Shown here: in pieces, positions 24,454 to 42,332 of the stretch
Layout of the letters: each line of letters begins with the position of its first letter
Numbering within the stretch: the stretch's first letter is position 1
Source of the DNA: Daphnia carinata
Taxonomy: Eukaryota
Assembly: GCF_022539665.2 (NCBI RefSeq)
Contig: NC_081332.1
Coordinates: 4,278,001 to 4,342,000, forward strand
Direction of reading: 5' to 3'
Length of the DNA stretch: 64,000 nucleotides
The notes under the pieces: model-generated
What the model was told of the DNA's origin: nothing
Database searches by the model: none
The model's input: the letters and a program-made list of their open reading frames with translations, nothing else
Program-made: the position numbers and the translations under genes

Positions 24454-27400
24454 CTAGCCGGAATAGTTGGACACGGCTGCGATACTTTGACGTTCCAGAT
24501 CGTTGAACTTGTTGTTGTTGCCTCCCGTCGCCCCAGTTAACACGGTGGCATTAGGCCGGCTCATTTCTTTAGCCCGACTGGCGGCCATTCCGCCTCCGGA
24601 ATGTGAGACGGTAGCAAGCTGACGCGGTGTCCTAATCCGCAGAAGTTTCTGGAAGGCGTTACGGAACTCTGGACTGAAGATGGTGTAGAGAATCGGATTG
24701 AGGGTCGAATTGAAGTAGCCGAGCCAGAGGAAGAAGGCCACCATGTTGTCGTCGTAGTAACAATGAGGCGACTGGCAGACGGGCATCAATAGCGCAATGA
24801 CGAAGAACGGCAGCCAGCAAATGACGAAAGCCCCCGTGATGATGGCCAATGTTTTAGCCGCTTTACGTTCTCGTTTAGATTCCATATTGCGACGTCTATT
24901 GTTGTTGGAAGCCGCTGTCGACGCGGCCACCGATGTAATCCGTCGAGTTAATTTAGCCGGCGGTGTTGGAGGTGTGTCTACTGTTTGCTCGTCGACGACG
25001 TAGACATTCTCCACATCGACGGATGGCCTGCCCAGATTTAAAACGCCGACAGCAGCTGTCATGGCAGTGCAGGTCGTTCCGGTCGAGACGAACGAAATTC
25101 CCGTGCTGTTTGTCGTCGATATTGTCGGAGCTGCCGACGACACAGCGCCTCTCATGCTCAAACGTAGACCACCAGAGGCCGCTGAGGAGGAAGCACCATT
25201 GTTTTGCCTCGGCTCTTTCCGTCTCCTAATCCGCTTCTTAGCCGTCAAGAAAATTCTCCAATAAAGGAACAATATGATTGCCAGCGGCAAATAAAATGTC
25301 GACAGCGTTGCAAAGACCTGCAATTTGTTTTAGAGAAAAAGAAAAAAATTATTTCTTTTTTTAAAAATCACAGAAACTAAATGTGGCCTTTTTTTTTTAA
25401 ATATAGCTATATAAGGTCTTAAACAGCAGACAGCTTTCTCTATCGATCGTTGAAATCGAACGCAGACGCCAGCGTTGGTCTCACGCTATTGAAATAGTTT
25501 GGCATGTCTTCCACAGCCAAGTTAAAAAAAAAAAAAGGAAAACATTAGCTCTCGAGTGGACTTTTGACTATAGCAGACAAACTTGACGATTGCCCACATT
25601 ACAATTTTTTTTTTGGGAAATGTTACGTACACAAGTGACATAGTCGGATCCTATTGAGGTCGGATTGCTTTGGATCGATCCAATTCAACTCAACTTTTTT
25701 TTTGTAAAGAAATAAAACTATGAAATCATTGGAAAAGCGTATTGCAAATTTTACCTGATAGCCAACATCTTGGCTGATGAGACACTGTTGGTATTCGATC
25801 CGTTTGTGCCAATCATCGTCCTTCCATCCGAAAAGCGGGAAACAGGAGACGAGTAATGAAACTAGCCACACTGTAGCAATCATGATAGTAATCCGGCCGA
25901 TCGTTCGCTGTTGGATGTAGTCGATACTCGTCACAGCCCAGTACCTGTGTGCATTCAAAAACAAATATCAATGCATGGACATTGAAGGAAAATTCAATTC
26001 TCCCCTTAAAAATAAAGTTTTGATCTCTCTGTCGAAACGTCTTTAAGACTTATGCGCGAAAGCAAAACAAACAATGACTACGTAAGTGATCAGTAGAATC
26101 GATCCGGTTGTACACACAAGACAACCAATAGGAATCCTTATTCCGCACGAGTCGTGATCGTATATTTAGTGCATTGCACAGACACACACAGACGTACACA
26201 AGGCCCTGTCTATGAGCAGGCAATCCACCTTCACCCCCTCCCCTTTTTTGCGGATGGTTGTGAATGATTCAACCGAGGCGTTTCTTTTTTATTTCCTTTA
26301 TATTTTAAGGTCATGTAACACGACCTGAATATCACAATGGCGTGGCTAGAATAATAAATGTAGAAAATTTATGCTCCGATAACAAACCGATGGGAACATA
26401 TCACGTGATGCACGCAGTGGGCAAAGAGTACAAGCCCTCCGTCTGTACATCGATTAATGTATGTATACTTATAATTTCAAACGTTTTCTCTCATCAGTTG
26501 AGAGGTGAGTACCATTTTTTTCTGTTTCCAATTGTTCATCGATATTACTTTTTGTTTACGTTCGTTAAATTTGCCTGGCTCAGGTCCAGCTCACCAGAAT
26601 ATTTACACACATTTGAGATGGGTTTTTTTCTAAATCAATATTCAATGTGGATTTGCTTACTGACCCTGGCCATACATAAAAAGGTTCTCTTCCCTTGTGG
26701 ACATTTGTAAAGTCTCGTAAAAAAAGGGAAAAAATCTATAGGAAATGAAAGAATCACTGTGCGTAGTCCAGCCATCATTAAAGCATCCCAAAGGCGGTTT
26801 TATAAGGAACAAAAAATCTAATCAAATCCTGAAATTCTTTGCTCTGGGGCCATATAATTGTGTACACTAAGCCCCTCTCTTTTTTTATTCACGATTCTAT
26901 AAAACCCAATATAAAAAAAATTGAGCCAATATTATTCGGCTCATGTTTCCGCTATACATCAAAATGTAAAACACAATTACGTTAGACAGAATCCATGGTT
27001 TAAAAATAAAGGTTAATGTATTGTTACCTGTCTGTAGCTATGGCGACCAGGTGCAAGATGGAAGCTGTGCAGCAGAGCACGTCGGACGAGGTCCACATGT
27101 CGCACAATTCCGGTCCCAGGAGCCATTTGCCCGTCACTTGATAGACGGCGCCGAGTGGCATGACGAGACAGGCGACTAAAAGATCAGCCACCGCCAACGA
27201 TAGGATCAAATAGTTGGCCACTGATTGCAAATGTCTCTCCAGCAAAATGACCGCAATGACAAACACATTACCTGCGCGAAGAACAAAAATAATTTAAATC
27301 ATATGCAATTTAAATGGAGCGTGACAAATTATGTAAACAGCCATCGCTCTATCGACCAGGTAATCAATTCTACTCAGCAACAGCAGCTAATTACTAGCTC

Positions 27401-30400
27401 AAAAAAAAAGGGGGGGGGGGGGCGGGAAACGAGCAGCTCGTGTTGCACATACCGAACGGACCTTGGCCAAGTTTCCTATTACACGTAACAAAAGAAAAAT
27501 GTAATGTAACAAAAATTTTTGAAATAATACAGCCCCAACATTTCGTGATTTTCTTTCGTACGTGTAAAGTTTCGGTCGGGAGTGCATCCATTAGGTTTGT
27601 TGTGTATGCACATTGAAGTTGTTAACAATGGCACACACACACGATGAAAAGGCGGATACAATTTGAATAGTTTGGGCCCTAATGCGTTTGTTGTTACAAG
27701 CCTTTGGGGTCTCGCATTTTGAGAAACACATCTGGCGTATAAACAAAGATCACAAGAGCTCTTCTCCTAATCAAAATTACTTTGTAATTCCGCTAATCTG
27801 TCGGGTAATCTGATACTAAAAAAAAAAGAAACCCATCACGTTATTGGATAAATATAGCCCTAAATTATGAAAGACATAAAAAAAAGAGGGAGGACGTTGA
27901 CAATGACACGACAAATGGATTCGTCTCATCACCCAAGAATACATAAAAGGAGATACACCGAATGACATTTAAGCCTTTAAGTTGATGAGCCCAAAAGAAA
28001 CCGTATCCTTTTATGAATAAGGAAATTACGTGATATACTCTGCGTGTATATATCACGATACTTGGCTATTATAAAAGTCTGTCTCTCTTTTTTTTTTTTT
28101 TTCATTATTTCGAAGAGTGTGCGGCTGCGGGACAAAGATTGGATCGACCGAGAATGACGCGTGCTAACTACGGGGGGTCTCGATGTCAACTGATGTCTGC
28201 GTTATGTCTTTAGATCTTGTGAACTTATTATTTTTCGGGCACAAACCTATGAAAAAGAAGGCCGTTAAAAGTCGACGAGGCCCGTCTCAGAACACAACCT
28301 CTGCATTTGACAACCGTAAAAAGAAGTTGGTACACAACTGCGTGACTGTAGATACACTATAAAGCAATAGTTGATGTTTCCTTTCATAAAGTACGACACT
28401 AAAGTGTATATCTACAGAAAAATATAGACATGTCAATGCATGTACTTTCGCTAGAACTGCTGTTGGCATTGGATCGAAGGGGAAACTGGGATAGGCAATG
28501 GAAATTGATATTCTATTTGCTATACAATTGTGACGTCTATATATTCTGCAATACGAACATAAATAGAAGATTGCCATTAAGTTTAGACAACTGGAAATAA
28601 GATTTACTTTTTTTTTGCAACTCAAAAAGAAGAAATTGAGACGTGGTTATTATTTTTCGAGTGACAAAAAGGGGAGGACTTGGCCAAACGTCCGAGTATT
28701 TATAAACCCATGAATACATTTACTGTCTCATACTCGCTGAACTCTATGGGTACGACATTTATAAATGACGACGGAAAAGAAAGTTGGCCGATTACGGAGC
28801 CACACTTTGGTCAGCGACGGACGGAAACTAACGTCTATTACGAACATACATCATCCGAAAATTACTTAAAATGTGTGTCTGTAAATCATTCAAGATTTAT
28901 GAAGGAGTGCTATGTATTCCGGCACTGATTGAGACACAAAACGAGTCTTTTGGGGTTAAAAAGAATGACGGTTGTCAACAAGTTGTGTCATCAATCAGCT
29001 GTTCAATTCATTTTCACTGATGGCGCTTGTTGCTTTCTTTAGAAGTTACGATAAAAGATATTTTTAGCGCCAAATTTGAATTTTCAAAAGGTACTGACTT
29101 TAAGTGGACGTAATAAATCGCAGTTAATATTGCCACCTGAAATTTGCATACAAAGCGGCATTAAGCAAGACCTCCATACTCCGCACTTTCCTAGAGTTGT
29201 GTCATCAAACTTCTCTCATTTCGCATTGGATCTCTACACACAAATCCAATATCAATAGAAAACTCCCGAGAGTAAGATATACTTCAGTGACGAGCTATAG
29301 AAATCAAAGAGTCCTAACAATCGGGGCCGTCACTCTATGCACTGTAGCGTGCGTGAAGTAAATTTTTTTTTTTTTTTACTACACACACAGTCCTCTCCCC
29401 CCCCCCCCCCTTTTTTTATTCCCGAAAGAGATGATGAAGCTCACCCAACTTTTTTTTCTGCTACCGGTCTCTTTTGTGATACCAGAGAGATGGGACCTCT
29501 TTTTTTTTAAGATCTCAGAAGGGAATCATTTATTAAAAGACATCAAAAATAAGAGTTACGGGGGAAACGAAGATGATTGGACCCCATCCTACTTTGTCAG
29601 CTATTATATCGTATTACAATAAAAAAAGATGGTAAGATTATTGAGTGGTTTCGGCTTTAACATTGAGAATAAATCACAATAAAAGTTATTCATAATCGTT
29701 GTTAATGTTGCACGTTTTCAGAAAAGATCCAGGAAATATTCAACAAAGTTTATGTAACATGTCCCAAATAATCAAAGCGTGCACACACCCACACAGCGTA
29801 TATCATAATCATACAGACGCTGTCGGGCGCGCGAGAATGAAGACGTCGGGGGACGTACCATATTTATTGTAATTTGCCCTCAATGTAAAAGCATAACATT
29901 AGCTAATAGGTTTTCTAAACTTTTGTTAGACATCCGGCTGACGCACGCAGGTAAAAGAAAAACTAAATAGCAACAGGAGGTATGTCAATACATTTGAATA
30001 CGTCCTTTTGCTGTATGGCAATTAGGAATTCGAAATGACAACGTTTCATGGCCAATGAAAACGGAACGAGACGTTCGTACTCGTTAACTCTTGTTCACCA
30101 ACGACATTCCACGGATACTTTTTGAAATATGGCCATCATTTTGTAACGTGATGTGCACGGCTCAATAAGACGGTACACTTCGTCTTTTTTTTAATAAAAA
30201 GAACAAAATTTCCTATTAAAAAAATCACCTGCAGTTTGTTTAAACACAAGAGAAAAAAAACGCCCTACATGTTTCGAAAATAGCAACACGGGGAACATGT
30301 TTGATAGTAAATCACACTTCCCAAAAAGAACAACATGCGAATAATAAATCAAGATAGTTTTTACTAGGAAAACAGTTCGTTCTGTTACAAAGTCGTGTTA

Positions 30401-32510
30401 GTTTCCTTGAGAAACCTGACGGCTATTCAAAATGAAAAGAAGCAAAACTCCATCATTAAAAAAAAAAAAATACAAGTTGATGGTATTTCCAATTTTAGAT
30501 CGCATTATTTGGCAGACGAAAGTCTGTGTATCGTCGCAAACAGCGTCTAGTTATTCAGAGGCCTGAAAAAAAAATGTTTAGATTGCGATATGTTGTAGAC
30601 AAATAACAGACGGACGCAATTGGTCGACTTTAACGATCGCACGAGCAAAACACACGCGCACGACATAAATAGGAAAACATTGCCACACGGATACGTGTAG
30701 ATTTCGTTCTCCAATTCGATATAAACAAGCCACTTTCGTTACGATCGCTCCGTCGCAAAAATGCAAACCTCCACCGACATAGAAATGAAAAATCTAATTT
30801 CGTTTTGACTGGAGAAACGTCGTATTTTTTATTGAACGATTGATGAGATTATTGCGGAGCTTCTATACGGAGGGAAAACTGATTGGGTGCACCGGTTCCA
30901 TCAATTCAATCAAAGACATCAACGATTCTTTCATTTAAAAAAACCCGTTGCGGGCGAATCAATTCCCCGCATCTAAATTTCAACCTGTCGCTAACCTCGG
31001 CTCTTTTAAATACATCGAAACGATTAATTATGAAGCAAAGATTTCTTATTGAATTTTACGTCTTTTCGAACGGAAGGAAATAAAAAATGAGTTTGAAAAA
31101 GGAATCAAACGTCGACAGACACAACAGATACAAACATCCCTCTCTTCACGCCGCCGCAGTTGTGTATCAAATGGCAACCACGCACATCACATACAGCTGG
31201 CCAAAACTAATAAATACATTTCCCTCTTTTTTTCCTTCCCGTTTGATTCCGTACAAACATGCCGGACAAAAAAAAAGAGGTCCCTAGTCAAGTTTACAAC
31301 ATCAGATGGCAATCCTATCGCTCACAGTTATATTGTTCGGACATCCTTCTTGGTCCTGGTTTGTTGGCATCCGTGTCAGAATAGACGTTGCCCATCATGG
31401 GAGGGTCCCACCTCTTTTTATCGTTTCATATTTATTACCATGCACCCAAACACCTTCCTCAAACGCGACACGGTATGCGTGTTTAATAATAGCGTCGTGT
31501 GTTATACACAAACACGAGACGGGATTTGAAAGGAAATATTGGAAACGGACAAGAAGATTTTACGGAAAAGAAAAATTCCCCCCCCCCCCCGGTGGGAGTT
31601 GATCCCGACAGCTGTCCAACTATTTGGTTTAGGAACTAAAAGACGACGCCGAAAGTTTTTTTTTGACGTTGCAAATTTCGATCGATGCGTGTAGACAGCC
31701 GGTACACTACAATCGGTAAAAGATTAAAAAAACAAAACAAAAATAGAGCTCAAAAAGTGATAGATGCGTGAATCTTCCACTTGGGAACGCTATGTTGATA
31801 GCATCGCATTGTGATTCACGACACGAACGAAAGATTTTATTTCTGTTTTACAACGCAGACGTTCGTGCCTGTTAAGGTAAAGTACACACAAAGAGTATCA
31901 GCAATGTCTCGGATGGTTAGCCGAAACAAACAAACAACCTGAGCCTTTCCCCTACACACCCCCCGGCAATAAAAAACCGGATGTAAACACAATTTTTAAG
32001 AATTTGCTTTTATGACAATTATTTTTTTTTTGTTGGGAGGGGGAGTTAATTTTAGCTACCTATTCGAACTGACAAGAGAAACGTGCAAATTGATTTGCTC
32101 CACCAATCATCATCTCCCAGTGATGACAGACGATGGATGCCATCGGGAGCGTTTGGGTCCGCCCAGAAAACACATAAAAAGAAAAGGAGATCCTATAAAT
32201 ATAAATACTCTTTAACCGCACATAGATGAAGAGCCAACAGTTATCCATCTATGTGCGAAAGAGTATTTATTTTAATCCACTTACCAATGGCAGTGGTGAG
32301 AATAAGGATGACCAACACCATGGCAATGAGGACATTCATCAACGAATCAAGTGCATTGGTGGCTACTACGTCAGAGCTGTTGAAATAAGTGCTGATTGTG
32401 GACGAAGAATTGATGTATAATAACGTGGCGTTCAATTCTTCTTCACTCGAATACAACAATGTTGGAGCTGACGATGTCGTCCAATTCATATTTACAGCTA
32501 TGACACTCAT
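24454..32510 (-). CDS. 5-hydroxytryptamine (serotonin) receptor, 5-HT1-type, paralog B
   Basis: Minus-strand exons 32285-32510, 27028-27271, 25755-25944 and 24454-25317 join in frame at GT-AG sites. Same motifs as paralog [86 protein letters not shown]. Confidence 0.93.
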
Positions 32511-34343
32511 TTTCGAGGACCGCCGCAGGCAGTGTTTAACTGCGCGGCTACACAGACACAATACTACTCACAAAACTGAAACATGTTTCTTTTCCTTTTC
32601 AAGTATTTTTCTTTCCTTCTCTAAGACTTTTGTTTTCCTTTGTGTCTACACATAAAGATGAGAGAAAAAGGAAACCCCCAGCTGTTCACGAATGGTACGA
32701 AACTTTAGAATACATCGTGAAAACAAAAAAACTTGTGCGAATCACTAGAAAGACAGCGTGAAAACGTCTGACTGGCGTCCCAGTCGTCAGCCAAATGAAC
32801 GCTAGAGCCTTTCGTCTTCACAACTTTGTGAACCACCCCCACCCCCCGCCACCCAGTATAGTTCAGACAACGTATATATTCAGAGTAACATTGCGTGTTT
32901 GGTAAAGGACCCTCCAACACTGCGTAATACCAACAATGAAGGGGAAAGTGCTTCTACACTTTGCTCGCTTCTCCCGTCTATTCGTTCACGGATGAATTCA
33001 AGTGACGATGTTCATAACCTTTAGGGAATATGCTACCTACTTTCTTCTTCGCACATTTGTCGTAAGGCGACGAGGGAAAAAAAATGGGGAACTGAAAGAC
33101 GTTATAAAACCCAATCCTCGTGTCATCTCAGACATAATTGAATTATGTAACATTCTTTTTTTTAACGTGTTAAAACCAATTCGATTTGAGTAAGTTGCAA
33201 TTCAACATGGAGGGTGGAAAAAGTGTTGCTTTCATCTATTTGATTACACGAGCTTTTCTAATTTCAACGAGTAGGGGTTTACTTCATTTGGAAGATGGTT
33301 TGAGTTAGTATGTCAGTACACAGTAGGGCTATAGCCTTTAGAATATGCGAGTACGATTTCCTTCCTAATCGATGATTTCGAGGGAGATTAGCGAATTCAA
33401 GCGTGTCGTCCACCGAGCACGATGGACTGACAAATTCTTGAACTTTACCAAAAAGATTAAGACTACGATTTCTCCCAGAGAATTTGCTAAATGTCAACAG
33501 CAGTTCATGTTCTACTACTACGAACCGACAGTTCTTTACTATAAAACAGGCAAAGCGTAAAAGAATTTGTCCATCAGGGATTCGACGAAATGTTGAAAAA
33601 CAAAAATGGAGTTTTCTTACCTTGCAAAGAAATAAATGCCAGCCAACCGGATCAAGAAACGTACGTTTACAGACTGTTTAAGATTAAAGCAAACCGGCCG
33701 ACAACTCAACGTGGTTTTAGGGTGGTGGGTGGTTGAAACAAAGGAAGGATTGGGGGGAAAAGTTGATACATTGTTGCAAATTTTGATTAATTGCATTTTG
33801 CACCATAATGCTGATGGCTATTTTGCGGTATTCATTTGTGGATTTTGGTGGTTAATCACGATATAAACAATAATCTCGGAATGAAAAGTGACTAGAAGAT
33901 AAAAAGGAATTAACTAAAGTGCAGGACCATGGGTGTGCCCTGGGCCACGTCTAAGCCAGGAGCCTTTATATCTAAAATTAATTAATCACTGATTGCTTGG
34001 GGGGGTATTTCCGTCAACTCATTCACCGTTGTAGAAGGGATTTCATTAAATACAAAGCAAAAAGAAACAAGATGTTTAGTAAAAATTCCGTCGACACTGT
34101 TTGTTTTTATTAAGTCTTAATGATTTGTTTTTTTCAACAAAAGGGGAAATAACCTCTGGGTCGACAGGAAGAGACAAGCGCTCATAATCACACACAAACA
34201 TATAAACGGAAAAAGAAAATGGGGGTTCCTTCTATTTCAAATATTCTCAAAAAAAAAAAAATCAAAAATAATAATAATTTTTTTTTTACCGACAGATTAT
34301 TCGGTCATCCCGTGCCCTCCCCAACTACCTGTCAAATTGTTCG

Positions 34344-36507
<2,164 letters not shown>

Positions 36508-36746
36508 ATTTCTTTAGGAATAAGAAGTAAAATCAATTCACACCCGTTTTTTTTTTCCAATGTATTGACGACAGATCAGCCCCACGGTGCGGCCTGCCCA
36601 CTGAATCTAGTAGGGAGGGAAACAGGCTGTAGCAGACTTGTCACCGCCCGTGACTATGGCAACCAAGCTTCTATAATATATTGTTTTCAGTTGCCGTTGC
36701 TGCTGCACTAATTAAACCATAATTGTATACCGATCGACAATTCGGC

Positions 36747-37859
<1,113 letters not shown>

Positions 37860-38436
37860 AAGGTTTGGAAGTTCGAATGAAATGGGAATGTCAATATTGG
37901 TTTTTAAGGTGTTATGTGTAAAAATGAACTCTAAAATTTAAAAATATACATGGAAAGTATATGTATGCATGCAATTACGTAACATACTTGTGTACCCATG
38001 TCGAAGACATCTTGCACCTTGAGTTCTATTACGGTCGATTCAGCTAATGCTTGAATTTAGATAAGCCGAAGCATCAGTCATCTTTTACTATTAAGAATCA
38101 TTAAAATTTACGCAAAACGTTGCGGAAAATCTAAGTATTCAAAACGATTTTCTAAGGGACATTTTTCACGGTTGTGACGATGCTAATCAAATTAATTTAT
38201 AGCTAAACTTTTTTCTCCGTGAGTTTTCGGTTATAAGCCCTCTGCTACGCTACTTCAATGTTTATTCAGTAGACCGCCATTCTCGATCATACAAATTACA
38301 GTATAATTTAAACGTTGCCCGGTTTGTAACTGAAACAAATGAAGTCCTTCAGCCGCTTAACGTAGTCTGCTACAGCTTGAAACCGCTTGTCACTACAGAA
38401 GTTGACGATTTCACGAGTCATTCTTTCAATTACACG

Positions 38437-39579
<1,143 letters not shown>

Positions 39580-39800
39580 AGACCGGGAATGAAGAGGGTG
39601 ACCGAGTTAATACACTTTGGAATACAATCGTCTTTAACGTTAACGTCAAATGTGACCATTTTATTTAAGCTCATTCTGCCTATTCTAGTGAGGAAAAATA
39701 ATTGCAATGATTCAATCAGGACCGCACATCCCAACCAAATTTTGCTTTGGGTGTCACTCATATAAATAGGCAGCTTATATACTTGTACGTAGTAACGTAT

Positions 39801-39851
39801 GGCGCCGTGGCATAGATCACGCCTGCCATGTGGCTTAAACGGGTTCGAGTC
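39801..39851 (+). pseudogene. Degenerate tRNA-like sequence (tRNA-Gly(GCC)-like relic or tRNA-derived SINE head)
   Basis: GGCGCCGTGGCATAG resembles a tRNA 5' end/A-box, CGCCTGCCATGTGG resembles the Gly-GCC anticodon arm, and GGTTCGAGTC is a B-box. The D arm is shortened and the 3' acceptor half is missing, so it is not a functional tRNA. Confidence 0.45.
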
Positions 39852-40362
39852 ATTATTGATATATTATTTTAATATTTTTTTATTTGCGTTTAGCACCGCG
39901 CATACTCTCATCTCCCTTTTCGTTAAAGCGTACATTTTTTTTAACCACATGTTTTTTCTCAAATCGCAATCGTATTAATGGTGCATAAGGCGAACATGTG
40001 TGAATAAAGCGATTTATAAATAATATAGTTTTTGTCGCAACGTGTATCCAACACGTTTGCTATATGGTTTTACGAACGCGCCCTAAAACGCGGCAACTGC
40101 GGCAAACAAGAGAAGCCAAACAACAAGCCGACGATATATTCGAGTCAAAATGCCACCTGTTTTGTTAATGAAATCAATTGTGTGATCTCTGCTGCATGAC
40201 TTCAATCCGTAGGTGGCTATTTATTTAACGGCATTAAAAAGCCATTGAAAAGACGCGGAAAAAGTGGTAATACGTGTAGCTTTTCATCGTTTATCTGCGT
40301 CCTGACGGTTTGTAGCTTTCGCACCAATTGTGACGTGTTGTAAAGAAAATATTTATCCGACA

Positions 40363-42120
40363 ATGGAAGAAAAGAACAAAAAATACGAAGGAAAGAACAG
40401 TGTAATTGAATTTGTTGAAGGATGGGATATGATACAAACATTGGGTGAAGGAGCTTTTGGAGAGTATGTTTATTGTTAAATTTTTTAATAGTGACAAAAA
40501 AAACTATGTATATCTGTATTTGTAGGGTAAAACTACTGGTTAATGCCAAAACAGGGGAAGCAGTGGCAATGAAAGTAATTGATCTGAAGAAACATGCAAA
40601 TGCTGCTGAAACAGTCAAGAAGGAAGTTTGTGTTCACAGGATGTTGAATGATCCACATATTATTCGATTTTATGGCAGACGGGAAAATGGCAATTTTGAA
40701 TTCATTTTTTTAGAGTATGCATCTGGTGGAGAGCTCTTTGACAGAATAGGTAATACACTTTAATTTGTAATATTTGTGTTTAGATAAACTGTGATGTTTG
40801 TACTACAGAACCTGATGTGGGGATGCCTCAAATAGAAGCTCAGCGTTATTTTAAACAATTGATTGCTGGTGTGAATTACTTGCATAGCAGAGGGGTTGCT
40901 CATAGAGACATAAAACCTGAAAATTTGCTTTTGGATGCAAATGATAATTTGAAAATATCTGATTTTGGAATGGCGACAATCTTTCGATTTCAAGGTCGAG
41001 AACGACTTCTGGATAAACGTTGTGGAACTTTGCCTTACATAGCTCCTGAAGTGCTTTGTCGTAAGTACGCAGCAGAGCCAGCCGATATTTGGTCTTGTGG
41101 AGTCGTCCTTGTTGCCATGTTGGCTGGAGAATTACCTTGGGATGTCCCGTCTCCTGATTGTCCTCTCTATACTTCGTGGAAAGAATGCCAGATCACACGA
41201 TTGCCTTGGACCAAAATCGACACACTTGCTTTGTCATTGTTGAGGAAGGTGCTGATGCCACTGCCGGGAAAACGTTATACAATCCAGCAAATAACCAATC
41301 ATCAATGGTTTCAAAAGAAATTTAAAGTTTCAAGTATGGATTTGCGTTCTTATATTTTTTACCTTGCTATAACAATGGAATTGACATGCAACTAATGAGT
41401 CATTGTTAACTGAAGGTACATCTCTCAGAGCAGAAGAAAACACACCTGTATCGAAACGGATATGTTCTGACGCCGTGGACGCTGGTTTATCACCGTCTTC
41501 ATCGGACGCCAGCCGTTTGTCATACTCTCAGCCTGGCTTGGGTTTCTTCTCCGGTTCCCAACCAGTACACCAAAACGACAACAATGATGATGAAGAACCA
41601 AATAATCTACCAGGCGCTGTGTTTAGCTTCTCTCAGCCAGCTCATATCGACGATATGCTTTTGAACTCGCAGCTTAACACACAGACTGCTTCTGGTTCTA
41701 GCATGAGTTCGCCACTGCAGAGATTGGTGAAACGTATGACTCGTTTGGTGGCTAAAGTCAGCTGTGAAGAAGCTATCAAACATCTCAGTCAACAGCTCGT
41801 CAAACTTGGTTACACGTGGAAAATACACACTCCAGGAGTGGTAAGAAAATTCGTGTTCCTTGAGATTATTCGGTTTATTTAATTATTTTGTACCTTCACA
41901 GGTTACTATATCAACACAAGATCGTCGCAAAATGCAATTGGTCTTCAAGGCAACAGTCTACGATATGCAGACCATGGTTTTACTCGATTTCCGGCTGTCA
42001 AGGGGTTGTGGACTCGATTTTAAAAGACATTTCCTAGCCATCAAGCAAAAGTTAGCAGATATTTTGTGCTCAGCACCAGTAACATGGTCAATAGCCACTG
42101 CTACTAACAGCATTCCTTGA
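40363..42120 (+). CDS. CHEK1: Serine/threonine-protein kinase Chk1 (grapes)
   Basis: Exons 40363-40463, 40526-40749, 40809-41333, 41416-41840 and 41902-42120. [51 protein letters not shown], an SQ cluster ([13 protein letters not shown]) and the C-terminal KA1 region LVKRMTR...[18 protein letters not shown]. Confidence 0.97.
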
Positions 42121-42332
42121 ACAAACTTTTTTTTAACTATCTTGTTTTATAAATGTTTAATTACACAGTGTTTTGTAGCATAAATTGCTTTTATTTTTTC
42201 CTGGATGACAAGGGACTTACAGGGGAATTTGATCAAAGTATTAAGACTTAAGCAAATAAAATGGAAAATTCAAAATTCCTGGAGGGCTGGAACACATTTA
42301 GAGATGAAAATCAAACTGGGACTCAGACAAAC

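Noticed and set aside
28003..28011. U12-type donor word GTATCCTTT (also ATATCCTTT near 61145)
   Set aside because: Wrong strand for the host gene or not at an exon boundary; no minor intron is needed in any model.
28346..28417. Imperfect inverted repeat (CTGTAGATACACT / AGTGTATATCTACAG) and word sharing with 3640-3840
   Set aside because: Short arms, long unpaired loop and no continuous alignment between the two loci; insufficient for a miRNA or MITE call.
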